Of a stretch of DNA of 35,426 bases, positions 11,974 to 22,280 are shown piece after piece. How positions within the stretch are numbered: the first letter of the stretch is position 1; each line of letters opens with the position of its first letter. The stretch is taken from assembly GCA_013115145.1 (NCBI GenBank), contig JAAPAO010000370.1:1-35426 (forward strand). The letters run 5' to 3'. Below the pieces are notes generated by a model. The model was not told where the DNA came from, ran no database searches, and saw only the letters and a list, made by a program, of their open reading frames with translations. Origin of the DNA: Perkinsus chesapeaki ATCC PRA-425. Taxonomy: Eukaryota > Protista > Perkinsozoa. The translations under genes were made by a program, and so were the position numbers.

Positions 11974-14900
11974 TCAACCGAGTTGGGCTTGAAGGGCTGC
12001 CAGCTGATCCGCTTCCTCCTGGGTAAGTCCATCTGAAATACAGCAATTCAGCGTATTCTCTACAGCTTCCTGGTTAAGCTCAGCGGGTAGGTTACAAGTT
12101 ATACTTATAATCGTATGAGTTCAGTTTCAGTCATATCCGAGTCATTTAACAATACCAAAACAAGCAATGAAACGCACCGCACACAACCGACTATACTAAA
12201 CAGTCGGTTACTCATTTCACAGATGCCCGATGGTTATCTCGGCCAGCACGATGAGTTGCAATACGAAATGCATTCCTTTAACTCCATAAAATAATGATCG
12301 CATCCATCCAAAATTGATATCAGCAATCGGAATTGATATGCACAATCTGACCTGGCAGGGTTCATAATTTATCTGAAAGCCCTTGCCGGAATGAATTCCT
12401 CTACGAGGACCTCCTGGCATCGATTATCTAGTTACTCTTGAACCACCCTTGCCCAGTAGTACTGGGCCAGTACTACTTGTTTCCGGTGCAGCAGCAACCG
12501 TGCTAGCATTCGAGTCTCCTCCAGCGCTAACTTTCGGTGCTTTAACAGCTTGTGGTGCTGCTGGTACTTGGGCATTTGGCTGGGTAACCACGCCGCCAGT
12601 TGGAGCAGAGACTGCCTGAAATATACAGAATTGGGAAATCTATCACAAAAATCGGTATGATTACGGTAGGAAAAATAAGCAGCGACTGCGGGGGAAGAAA
12701 CAGAAAAGTCGATAAAAAAAAGAATGCAGAAATATGCAATACGGTGAGCGAGCAAGGCGATAGAAAGGATGTGTTTTATTACGTCCACCATTTTCTTGTC
12801 CAATTCTTCCGCTTCGATCTGGTCAAGCTCATTAAGCAGCTCGTCATCATCCATGATCTGATTGCCTGAAGATAGAACCTGAAAGAAATAAATGTTGGTG
12901 GAGAAAGAGAAACTCTCAAGGAGATTTCGCTACACAATCCCGATTATTAAACAGTTTATTCTCTCACGACTAGCGAGCTCGGTGGATAAATGTTCCATCG
13001 TTGCATACCAGTCTAATAAAATATTACTACAACGAGGTCGCAAAAGAGCTTTAAGATAATCTACCGAACAGAATGCCCACACGAGTTCGGAAAGCCATTC
13101 CGGCAACTCAGAGCTCTGACAGAGGGTGGAGTATATACACATTTATCAACATACACAGTAATTTTATACACATNNNNNNNNNNNNNNNNNNNNNNNNNNN
13201 NNNNNNNNNNNNNNNNNNNNNNNNNNNNNNNNNNNNNNNNNNNNNNNNNNNNNNNNNNNNNNNNNNNNNNNNTTTATCAACATACACAGTTATTTTATAC
13301 ACATTTATCAACATACACAGTTATTTTATACACATTTATCAACATACACAGTTATTTTATACACATTTATCAACATAAATAATATACAAGCCAATAGGAA
13401 TACCCACTAGATATGTAAATAAAAGTAAGTACCCAGTGAAAATAGACATATAAATTTGGCGTATTAAACCTGTCTACGGCGCGAGATGAGCCATATCTGG
13501 TAATTGGTATATCCAATTGGAACACCCTGTATGCCATAAGCCCATCGACTATATCACATAACCACTCGCTCTGTCCAGTCACCCGATGAATCTTTGCCCA
13601 TCCAACAGTAGAAGTTAATCGTGGAAACTTAACACCGCATTACACAATCAGATAGGCGTACTCGAATTTAACATTCCAAGCCGCCTCGGAGAGCCTTCTA
13701 CTCTGCGCCCCAAATATGGCCCTATCTCTCCCGAGCTCCATCTCCCGGTCGCAATATAAGCTTTTCCTATTCCAGATATCCGCCCATTTCATTTTTACCT
13801 GTGAGACTTCGTTCTGGAGATCCTGCTGCTCAGCCATATCATCCATCAGCTCGTCAATCTGACAGAGGATAATGCATTTACATTCTTATCAGTGAAAATT
13901 TTCATCACAATGTTACGTAACGAAATTGTCTAGTATAGTCTATCCAACATGCATAGTAGTAGTATTTTCCAGAATATAACAAGACGTGCTTTAGTAAGCA
14001 TATATCTACGAATATAAAGTATAAATATAAATATATAAGCATGCTATATCACTAAGTTTTCTTGCTTCTTATACCAAGTGCATCAGCAGCAGCAGCACCA
14101 TTCAAACAAGTGGAACTATCAGTAATTTCTGAACACGAAGATTGCTACTCTCAGACGCATTATGGTAAGCCTCCAATCCGCGACAATCAACGATATTCTC
14201 AATCACAACCCGGCGACGGCGAGTTACTGACGAGTTCTCCACCGTACTTCCCCCACTCTCTTCTCTATTACATTATCAATATTGAGTTGTTGGTTCATCT
14301 GTTTCTGTGCCGACACTCCCTGTGCCAGAGCCTGCACGGCAACCGCAGTAGTCTGACTGCTTTCAAGGGACAGAATCTGCTGCTCCAAAGTCATACCTAA
14401 TAACAGGTATACTACCTTTACAAATGATGCAGCAGATTGGGTCGATATGAATATCTATAATACTATATACAGATATGATATGTGTATTACACCGTATTGT
14501 AATGTTATTCCACCGAGCTGCAATAACTCACGTAAGCACCTCCACACTTGTATCACAATACATATCGCATCATAGCCTCACGGAGAGGCATTCCTCTACA
14601 GCAAACAATTGCTACCAACGCGGAGGGCAATACAAATTTCAACAAGAAATATACGCCTATAGGAAAAATAAAATCGAATACATACCCCTGGGAACTTCAG
14701 AAGTACAACCCTATCGAATAGACAATCAATAACAGCATCCACCTTACGCGAATTCATTAAAGTTTGCAACTCGGCCTCGTACAGCTTCTTCCTCTTAAGC
14801 GCCATCAGTGCCCCACGCTTATCCTTGGCGGCTGCCCTGGTTCCTGGAACAAATATTCTACAACCGGAAAGACCAGACAAGTTTAACTCGAGGCTCACGA

Positions 14901-15605
14901 AAGGAATGAACGCACACGTTTCAACTAGGTTGCTTGGTTATTTTACCCGATATGAGCTTCTCTGCCACCTGCGCTAATTTCGTTTTTGAAACTTCGAGAT
15001 GCTCCCGTAGGATTTGATACAAGAAATATACCAGAAAATTCCCCTATCGGCTAGCTAACAAATCATCACATTATCAAGCAGAATCCAATGGCCTCATGAA
15101 AAGTCGCGAATAGTTCACGGAACCCTTCTTTTTATTGAAGACATTTCGGAAGACATTATCAACCTAAATTTGTCTGGAAGTTTCCTTCTGTGTTCTCTAT
15201 ATGACTGGCGGTCAATGAACTAACTGCCTTTAGAATAGTGCACAATGCACAGTGAATTATTATAATCCATTTCTGAGGTTTCGGGCACTCATTAGAAATT
15301 AAGCCCACTGTAACTCATAGGCGTTCGTACAATATTTTTGGGTAAAATAACAATGTGTTTTTAGTGATGTTCATGCATGCTATAATCCTTATATTACTGG
15401 CCTCCTGCTCCTGTATAGCCATTTTCTTCTCAATAAGCTGCTCTCGCTTTTCGAGAGTCTCAATTGCCTCTTTGTTCTTCATTATCGCATCCGGCATATT
15501 CTGATAGAAAAAGCGTAAAATCAACAGATGTCGAGCAATGATAACCTGTTGAGGCGGGGGAGCCTGCTTTTGCTCCTTCTTCTTTGAACCGAAGAAAAGA
15601 CGCAT
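11974..15605 (-). CDS. SNF7: ESCRT-III core subunit Snf7/Vps32 (CHMP4 family), 8 exons, ~245 aa
   Basis: Exons 15605-15546, 15500-15398, 14843-14748, 14396-14272, 13858-13799, 12878-12783, 12615-12477, 12032-11974 total 738 nt in frame. Hallmarks: AIETLEKREQLIEKK, DKRGALMALKRKKLYEAELQTL, MTLEQQILSLES, IDELMDDMAEQQD, DDDELLNELDQIE, C-terminal EEADQLAALQAQLG. Confidence 0.95.
12452..12473. repeat. 22-bp footprint-type motif (T=cccagtac) inside SNF7 intron 7
   Basis: cccagta|gtactggg|ccagtac. Confidence 0.85.
13134..13377. repeat. 31-bp AT-rich minisatellite in SNF7 intron 5, spanning an assembly gap
   Basis: Unit tttatcaacatacacagttattttatacaca with period 31 (13273, 13304, 13335); N run at 13174-13272. 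Confidence 0.95.
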
Positions 15606-15979
15606 TGTGGATTGTACAAAAATAGGATAAACCCTAAATATTAAATAATGATATTTATACGGTGTCCCTTATTATTAATGAACAACAATGCACAGAGCAC
15701 ATAAAACAAAGAGGCTGTACCTTATACTAACGAGGAGGATACTGCCTTTTGTCGGTGGGGGCTTGTCGAGCCATAACTTGTCCGTCTTGCTAATCCTTAG
15801 GTTTCCTCAACGGGGTATCCCCAGCCGCCTTGGCCAGCTAGCTACTTCTATAGGCTAATAATATCCAGTGAGTCGTTAGAACTTACTAGTTACCTCTCGT
15901 ACACAACTAATCGAGTCTAAGCCTTACCCTCTGATTCAACCTCATTTCGTATCTCAGTTTCTCTATTTTCCTCGTCCCC

Positions 15980-17089
15980 ATGTCAGGCTCCACAGAGTCT
16001 TTGGCTTCATCAACCTCCACTAAGCCGTCCAGTCCCTCTTCCTTGAAGCGCTTCAGCACAAAGGTCTCCTACTGGATCAATAACATGCCCTTCTGGCCCC
16101 TCATGATCGTCTTTGTTGCCTCTGCTATCATGCAGAACCTCTGCGAAGATCAGATCCGCAACCACGGCGGTGGCGGCAAGAAAACCGTCCATCTGTTGAC
16201 CTTCGCCGCCAACGCTCTTGGTAATGTTCTCGTCGTATTCTTGCCCGCTTCGAAGCCCCTATGGAAATGCGATTGGAAGCGCGCTGCCATTCCCTCTGCT
16301 GTAGATATTGTATCACAAGTTCTGCTCCAGTTTGGTATCGTCCTGGCTGGTGCACAGATCTACACTATGTTATATAACTCATGTATTGTTTGGACGGTCG
16401 TTCTGTCTTTCATCTTCTTAAAGCAACGTTTCTCCATCTGGCAGATCCTTGCTATCGTAGTGGTGATTGCTGGTGTTGCGATGAAGTCCTTTGTGAACTC
16501 AGTTGACGGGTCGCATCAGTTGATAGTCGGTACCATACTTATCCTTTGCGGTTGCTTCATGCATTCCCTTACCAACATCATCAACGAGTACTACATCAAG
16601 AAGTACGACTTTCCTCCGACTCGCCTTTGCGGTCTCATCGGCATCTACTCTATTATCGTTTATACTTTCTATTTCATCGGTTGGAATTCCTGGAGGATTC
16701 AAGACCAAATCGTCGACGAGATTGAAGAGGCCGGTTCCGACGTCGGGACTGTGATGGGATGGTACGTCCTGTTCATTCTGTGCAATTTCCTTCATGCCAC
16801 TTGTTTCTTCCTTCTACTTAATCGTATTGGTAATGTCGGCACTGCGATTGCCAAAGGCCTCAAGACCGGTATTTATATCTTCCTTGCCCATTTCATGTAT
16901 TGTTCCCATATTGAAAAATATTGTCTCTTTCCACTTGACCGTTGGCAGAGAGACATCACTCTTGCATCGGCGCTTATGTCTATTTTCGGTGTTGTCGCCT
17001 ACGGTTTTGCCACTAAGAAATATAACGAGAAAAAAGCGAGAAAAGCCGCTGAAGAAGCTAAGTGTCGTGATGAGGCTACTTCCGGTTAG
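15980..17089 (+). CDS. Intronless DMT-superfamily transporter (EamA/SLC35 nucleotide-sugar-transporter-like), 369 aa
   Basis: About 10 hydrophobic segments. PSAVDIVSQVLLQFGIVLAGAQIYTMLYNSCIVWTVVLSFIFLKQRFSIWQILAIVVVIAGV matches the SLC35/EamA first-repeat pattern. Basic C-terminal tail. Confidence 0.88.
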   Translation: MSGSTESLASSTSTKPSSPSSLKRFSTKVSYWINNMPFWPLMIVFVASAIMQNLCEDQIRNHGGGGKKTVHLLTFAANALGNVLVVFLPASKPLWKCDWKRAAIPSAVDIVSQVLLQFGIVLAGAQIYTMLYNSCIVWTVVLSFIFLKQRFSIWQILAIVVVIAGVAMKSFVNSVDGSHQLIVGTILILCGCFMHSLTNIINEYYIKKYDFPPTRLCGLIGIYSIIVYTFYFIGWNSWRIQDQIVDEIEEAGSDVGTVMGWYVLFILCNFLHATCFFLLLNRIGNVGTAIAKGLKTGIYIFLAHFMYCSHIEKYCLFPLDRWQRDITLASALMSIFGVVAYGFATKKYNEKKARKAAEEAKCRDEATSG

Positions 17090-17765
17090 TTTAATAAATC
17101 AACTTCTGGACTTCATTATACACAGAAAATGATTCCAGAAGCTGTTGGCTGGATATGCATTATTTCCCTAGTAATGTGACTCCGGTTCTGGTTTATTAAG
17201 CAACTCTACTAGCCACTTTAGGTTATTTATTTATAGTAACGAGCCTATCGTTGAGGCCACGTGTCTTGACGATTCTACTCGGCTCCTTGAGTATTATTCT
17301 ATGAAATCGCCATCTAATGGTTGTTTGACTGTATATAAGCACTGTTGGTTGCTCATACCGCCGTAGCATTGGTGAATTGTTTCCCAACTAGTTACTAATA
17401 ACAGATGTTGCCTTGAGTACCTTTTGATAAATATTTTATTATATCATAAAGTCAATAAAGTCTGACATATTTTTTGCAGTCTGTAATATGGGATCCATCT
17501 GATGGATGAATAACTTCCTAGTTGATACATGCATGTCTTTCAGCTGAGAGTATTTCGTTGGCGCATCCCCATCCTTGGCTTTTTTCTACATTGGTAGGAG
17601 AAAATATCAAAATCTCTTTACATACATTTGTATAGTTGATGCCGTATAACTTCACAGATGTGATGAGGTGGTTCTTGCAGATGTTGTTGAAGATGCGTAT
17701 TGGTCGAGCACTGCTGGTAGTTTGCGTCCCATACTGGGATATCTCTCGGGTGTGACAGTCGCACT

Positions 17766-17791
17766 GTGACTCACGCGGCGTGACTCACGCC
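17766..17791. repeat. Chained footprint-type motif (three symmetry centres 7 nt apart)
   Basis: gtga-c-tcacgc-g-gcgtga-c-tcacgcc; centres at 17770, 17777 and 17784. Confidence 0.7.
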
Positions 17792-18150
17792 GCTAGCCAG
17801 AACGTTTATTAATGTCCAAGTGACGAATGTTGAAATTCTCAATGACTTAGAGGATAGGATGTATAGACGGAGCTGGCTGTTGGTAGCAAACGGAGCAGCG
17901 GATAAACCGCCGCGCCCGATGTAGCAGTTGTTATGACCTTAGTGGAGTGGCAAGTTACCCTGTAAACTGCTGATGAACACAGGTCCCCAAAGTGAGACGA
18001 AACCTGCTCTATGGACTTAACGAGGTAGTCCGAAAGTAAGTAGTTGGGAGTGTCGAGGAAATATATTGGCCGTACTTTACCTGTCTCTAGTTTTGTAGCT
18101 GCTGCAAGTGGTTGTCACACCCCGTGACTCATGGAACATGGTCAACCAAG

Positions 18151-18172
18151 ACTGATTCAATCAGTCTGATTG
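18151..18172. repeat. 22-bp footprint-type motif (T=actgattg)
   Basis: actgatt|caatcagt|ctgattg. Confidence 0.85.
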
Positions 18173-18665
18173 GATAAACCCGTAAGGCATGAACTGTACT
18201 ACGCAGCGAAATTAACAATGTAGTCGCTGTGCTCGAATATCTGACCTAAGAAACCTAATAGAAACTGTGACATATCGTATACTAGACTTGAGACTGAGAT
18301 ACTATACTAAACTCCCCAGCGACTCTCCAATGAGGAATGACGGGCCGTCACCGACGCCATCAGTCTGACGGCTAGTTTCCCGCGCGCCCGATTGTTCCTT
18401 TCCTAGCGGCGGGTGAAAGCTGGGGCGCCCTGACGGCCACGAGTCACGAGGGGGAGTCTGCCACTGACAACGACAGCAACAACACCACTAGCCCATGTCC
18501 CCTAGCCCATTGGCCATGTCCCAAGGGACTTAGCATAGGTTATCGTTGGGTGGTACTCCCACATTGTCGAAGTTCCACCAAACCCGTTTTCTCTAAACTT
18601 TACGAAGTTAGAGTATGAACTGCTATCAGTACCTCTAGTGCCAACAGAGAGCTGTCGATAGTACT

Positions 18666-18716
18666 CATTATCTGATAATGATAATGATAATGATAATTAT
18701 CTGATAATGATTATCA
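18666..18716. repeat. Footprint-type motif (T=cattatca) with an internal GATAAT expansion
   Basis: cattatc|tgataatg ... tgataatg|attatca with (gataat)n between. Confidence 0.65.
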
Positions 18717-19287
18717 ACTCTTGCATCCAAGACTACTCGACACCGAGTTGTCTTGGAGTTGACATCCACCACTCGAAATCAAGTAATAAATCTTTTCACA
18801 GGGCAACCCTGATGTGGACGCACATTTTACCGGCCATATAGTGATGTATAATCTATATTGTAGAGCTGCAAGCAGATGTTTGACGATTGATAAGCGAGCT
18901 AAGCTCGCCGAGCTTCCCTTCATACAGTATATGAGGTGAAGAGAGTTAGTCACATTGTCTTTAAGGGGGCTTCTTCCGAGGAATCCCCCTTGTATACCTC
19001 CTTAGAACTTTGGCCTCAACTTGAGCTCGGATCTGTTGTAAGACACCTAATCCGCGAGGTCTTCCTCTTGAGTCCAAGACTACTCGAAACCGAGTTGTCT
19101 TGGAGTTGACATCCACCACTGGAAAGTAAGCAATAAATCTTTTTAACGGCCAATTCTGATGTAAACGCACATTGTAGCGGCCATTTAGTGATGTAGAATT
19201 TACATTGTAGAATTGCAAGTAGACGTTTCACGATTCATAGGCGAGCTTCCCTTCATACAGTATATGAGGTAAACAGAGTTAGTCAGT
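18716..19287 (-). mobile_element. Two tandem diverged fragments resembling the N-terminal reverse transcriptase region of a BEL/Pao-like LTR retrotransposon
   Basis: Direct repeat of ~230 bp (~18720-18958 vs ~19072-19287). Translations AYFPVVDVNSKTTRFRVVLDSR and IT*FRVVDVNSKTTRCRVVLDAR resemble the BEL/Pao motif YLPHHPVxKxxSxTTKxRVVFDAS. One copy has an in-frame stop. Confidence 0.5.
18894..18915. repeat. 22-bp footprint-type motif (T=gcgagctt); empty site at 19241-19248 in the paralogous copy
   Basis: gcgagct|aagctcgc|cgagctt here, versus plain gcgagctt followed by the same cccttcatacagtatatgagg in copy 2. Confidence 0.92.
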
Positions 19288-19411
19288 TGTAGAGTTACTC
19301 TACTAGAGTAGCTGCAGCAGCTACTCTAGTAGAGTAACTCTACAGTAACTCGGGATGCTACCGAGTAGCAGCTAAGCTGCTACTCGGTAGCATCCCGTCG
19401 GGATGATCCCG
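19288..19411. repeat. Cluster of perfect fold-back palindromes with 1-nt centres
   Basis: 28-bp arms (19288-19344, centre 19316), 23-bp arms (19351-19397, centre 19374), then 7- and 6-bp arms (centres 19398, 19405). Contains the 22-bp motif gtagagt|tactctac|tagagta (19289-19310) and its mirror (19322-19343). Confidence 0.95.
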
Positions 19412-19638
19412 GGGAACATATACCTATTATGCTAGGGAACAAGACTCTAAAAATTAGCGATTGGCTCAGACAGTTAAAGATAAATTGTTAAACTGTCTGA
19501 CTGTCGATCAAGACAAGTTTAACTTCAACTACTAAAGTTAATTACCCTTATTTGTGTTTATCAATATGACCCTGCTAATGGTTCCTCCGAGAACCCGGTA
19601 GGTCGCCTCAGGTGCTCTACCGGCGCCTTGGTATGTAT

Positions 19639-19667
19639 ATGTTAAGGGTACTACTGACCCTTAACAT
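19639..19667. repeat. 11-bp stem, 7-nt loop inverted repeat
   Basis: atgttaagggt-actactg-acccttaacat. Confidence 0.8.
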
Positions 19668-20073
19668 GTTTCGAGTCTTGCACTGTATTGACATGGATAC
19701 CTGAACCGGAATCCGAAATACTCCTCAACTTGTTCGGGCTTCAGATTTGTGGTTTCCTCCCGCTGCAGGAGTCCCGCACTCCCGTGTTCGTTGGGATTTT
19801 ACATAAGGCAAGATGCTCTGAACTGGAGTCGCAACTGAGCTCGAGGAGCGTCGGACTATAAACTAAAAATCAGCAAACAACACGCACATCGTATGACTCC
19901 GAGATGTTAACTTGACGAATTAAACTCGTACAGGACACGGAATTTTGTGAGGTTCAGTAGGCCAATTTCATGCATCGCCCAGCACTACAGCGATAGTGAT
20001 CGCTGGATGGGACAATGCTGACACAATTATTCTGGTGTTTTAAATCAAAACTGGAGGTCAGCAAGGATCCGTC

Positions 20074-20095
20074 TATCCTAGTAGGATAATCCTAC
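20074..20095. repeat. 22-bp footprint-type motif (T=tatcctac)
   Basis: tatccta|gtaggata|atcctac. Confidence 0.85.
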
Positions 20096-20191
20096 ACATT
20101 CTGTTATTCATTGTCCACCCTCTCATCTATTGCATATGTCTCGCTAGGGGAGTAAGGTGGTAAGTCTTCTACTGTTGAAAAAGAAATCTTG

Positions 20192-20213
20192 TCTCGATGA
20201 TCGAGACTCGATC
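20192..20213. repeat. 22-bp footprint-type motif (T=tctcgatc)
   Basis: tctcgat|gatcgaga|ctcgatc. Confidence 0.85.
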
Positions 20214-20868
20214 AGTTTTTGCCTAATATTTGCTATTATGAGCGGAGAACAAGCAAGAATTCAAGGCCGCCCTCATTTAGGTGGCAAACAGCTCAACCTA
20301 GTCATCGTTCTCGAATTGGACCCATCACGGACAATGATGGCATGTAGCCTTGAAGCATAATAACAAGAACCTTAGAGGTTGTGTGATAAGGAGACATCCA
20401 CTCCGAACCCGATTCATGCTCTATATGCGATTGCACCGATTCGTATGTATAACTGATTGACGAATGTGCTAAGTTACCGTTTGTACACAGGCGACGGTTA
20501 AGTACATATCACAGGGAGCTCCCCGGTGTCGATCATCTTATCGCATAACTTTGACCTACGGAGTCTGTAGTAAAGACCGTAGGCTACGGCAACGGTTTCG
20601 GTATAGTATTTGAAATACTGTATTCCAGCTAGCAATGTTGTGCCAACATTGTTATGACTCACACCACTCAGGTTCACCAGCTCCCTGGACTAAACGCATC
20701 GGCGATAGAGTAATAACAAACTGGACTAATAAAATGGAGGTCCAATTCCTGCCTGTGAAGCCTCTTGACTGCTAATAAGGCTCTGGCAGGTACAGTGCTT
20801 GAGCCCGAAACCTCAACTATGACTTAACTCCTAATAGAAATGTACAGGTCGCATTGCGATGATACCAG

Positions 20869-20890
20869 CCATCACCGTGATGGCATCACG
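20869..20890. repeat. 22-bp footprint-type motif (T=ccatcacg)
   Basis: ccatcac|cgtgatgg|catcacg. Confidence 0.85.
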
Positions 20891-20911
20891 GTAAAAACCT
20901 TAATGGGTCGT

Positions 20912-21364
20912 TCATATTTCGCGATATTCGTCATATTCTCCGTCTGCTCTGGGGATCCTCAGGAGCTTGTAGTTATCCTTGATAACGATTTTCTTCATCA
21001 ACTTCGAGTCGTAATAACCATCGGAGTCGGCAATCAGCGAACTGCACCCACTATGTAGTTCGATATAGACTTCCGGTAGCTTTTGTGTGGCCGTGTAGCT
21101 GCACTCGTAAGTCTTATTAGGCAGAATGGAATGAATTGCTCTGTACAATTTAACAAGGGATCCCAACGTCTTGGTGAAGCGTACGGCGTGAACCAATCGA
21201 GACCGTAGATTAATGAACGCCGCCGAGAATGGATGGAGTACCCTATTGCTTGCAGTAGATATAATTTGATACGCAGATACATTAGGAGCGTGCGCGAACG
21301 AGTCGCCGTTGATCCCACCAATAAGCAAGAGCAACAAGTATAGCAGAGGTACGATGAGTGCCAT
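20912..21364 (-). CDS. Putative secreted protein, 150 aa, unknown family
   Basis: Signal-peptide-like start MALIVPLLYLLLLLIGGING/DS and an intact ATG-stop frame. Parts of its 5' region are duplicated nearby. Confidence 0.55.
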   Translation of the reverse strand: MALIVPLLYLLLLLIGGINGDSFAHAPNVSAYQIISTASNRVLHPFSAAFINLRSRLVHAVRFTKTLGSLVKLYRAIHSILPNKTYECSYTATQKLPEVYIELHSGCSSLIADSDGYYDSKLMKKIVIKDNYKLLRIPRADGEYDEYREI

Positions 21365-21606
21365 TCAGGGATACCCTACACAAAATAGTGTTAGCGACTC
21401 CTGTTTATTCGGATTCAAGAACTATCTTCAATTTAAAGATAGTGAATAGCCGTTGTCAACAGTCAATGAGTCAGTAGTGCTGACAAGTAGCTCTCGCTGG
21501 CGCTGAAACTTTGGATGTGTCAGAGCCAATGCTACCTGTGAGTAGTGAGAAACTGGAAGGTCTACTCTAATTCTTAGTGCAACATATGAGACAACGCGAG
21601 CGCTCC

Positions 21607-21628
21607 GACACGACTCGTGTCACACGAG
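21607..21628. repeat. 22-bp footprint-type motif (T=gacacgag)
   Basis: gacacga|ctcgtgtc|acacgag. Confidence 0.85.
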
Positions 21629-21841
21629 GATGATTGTGTGTACGTACCGGCCCGCGGGAATCTGATACTGAGGTGAGGATCTCAGAGGAGATGCACTGAA
21701 ATCACGAACATTCAATGAGATGGTTCGAATCTCGGATCCGAGCTTCTCAATGCTACACACTAAATATAGTAGTACTTTTGCAATGTTACTATAGTATAGT
21801 AGCACCTATTAGCAGGCGTATTACCCTTGCTGCTGGAGCAG

Positions 21842-21913
21842 TGCTCCATCTGAGAAATGCCTGGCATTTCTATCATACGAAATACGCTCAAGACTCATCT
21901 GGCGGTGGTGCAC
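21842..21913 (+). pseudogene. Possible decayed C2H2 zinc-finger fragment
   Basis: Frame reads CSI*EMPGISIIRNTLKTHLAVVH. TGA sits where the second Cys (TGC) would be, and LxxHxxxxH is retained. Spacing is 14 rather than 12. Confidence 0.3.
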
Positions 21914-22280
21914 GAGATGAGTTCACGAGACCAGCGACAGCTCGTAGGGCGATGGCATTGCCACTACGGTGTAGTGTCCCGCTTTCGCTCGAGCTCGAAT
22001 GATCAAGGCGTTCCTCTGGTGCTGTCCCCTAAGGACTTGTCGCCGTTTACCTTTATGGTAGGAGGTTCCTGTATTCCTTCTATGTGTACCCGTTTGTAGC
22101 TGTGTGCCTGCTATATTGTATGTAAATCGATTACGTTCGGCCACATGTAGCTACGAGTCTTTATATCCCCTGCTGCTGTAGTCGGTCCGACCGGCTCTGT
22201 CGCAGGCGTGGCGCCTTTTGTGCGAATTAGATGAGTGCGAACTCGTACGGTGTGAGTGGCAAAGAAAGGATTCGCCGGAA

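Noticed and set aside
13073-13378. ORFs spanning the N run
   Set aside because: Artefacts of the 31-bp minisatellite and the gap.
15823-15838. Possible spliced-leader relic (cagccgccttggccag) upstream of the transporter
   Set aside because: Only a partial match to the Perkinsus-type SL as I recall it, about 140 nt from the ATG; compatible with chance.
18114-18272. 159-bp segment bounded by TGTCACA...TGTGACA, possible solo LTR
   Set aside because: No target-site duplication (gtggt vs tatcg), no second copy, and no PBS or PPT visible.
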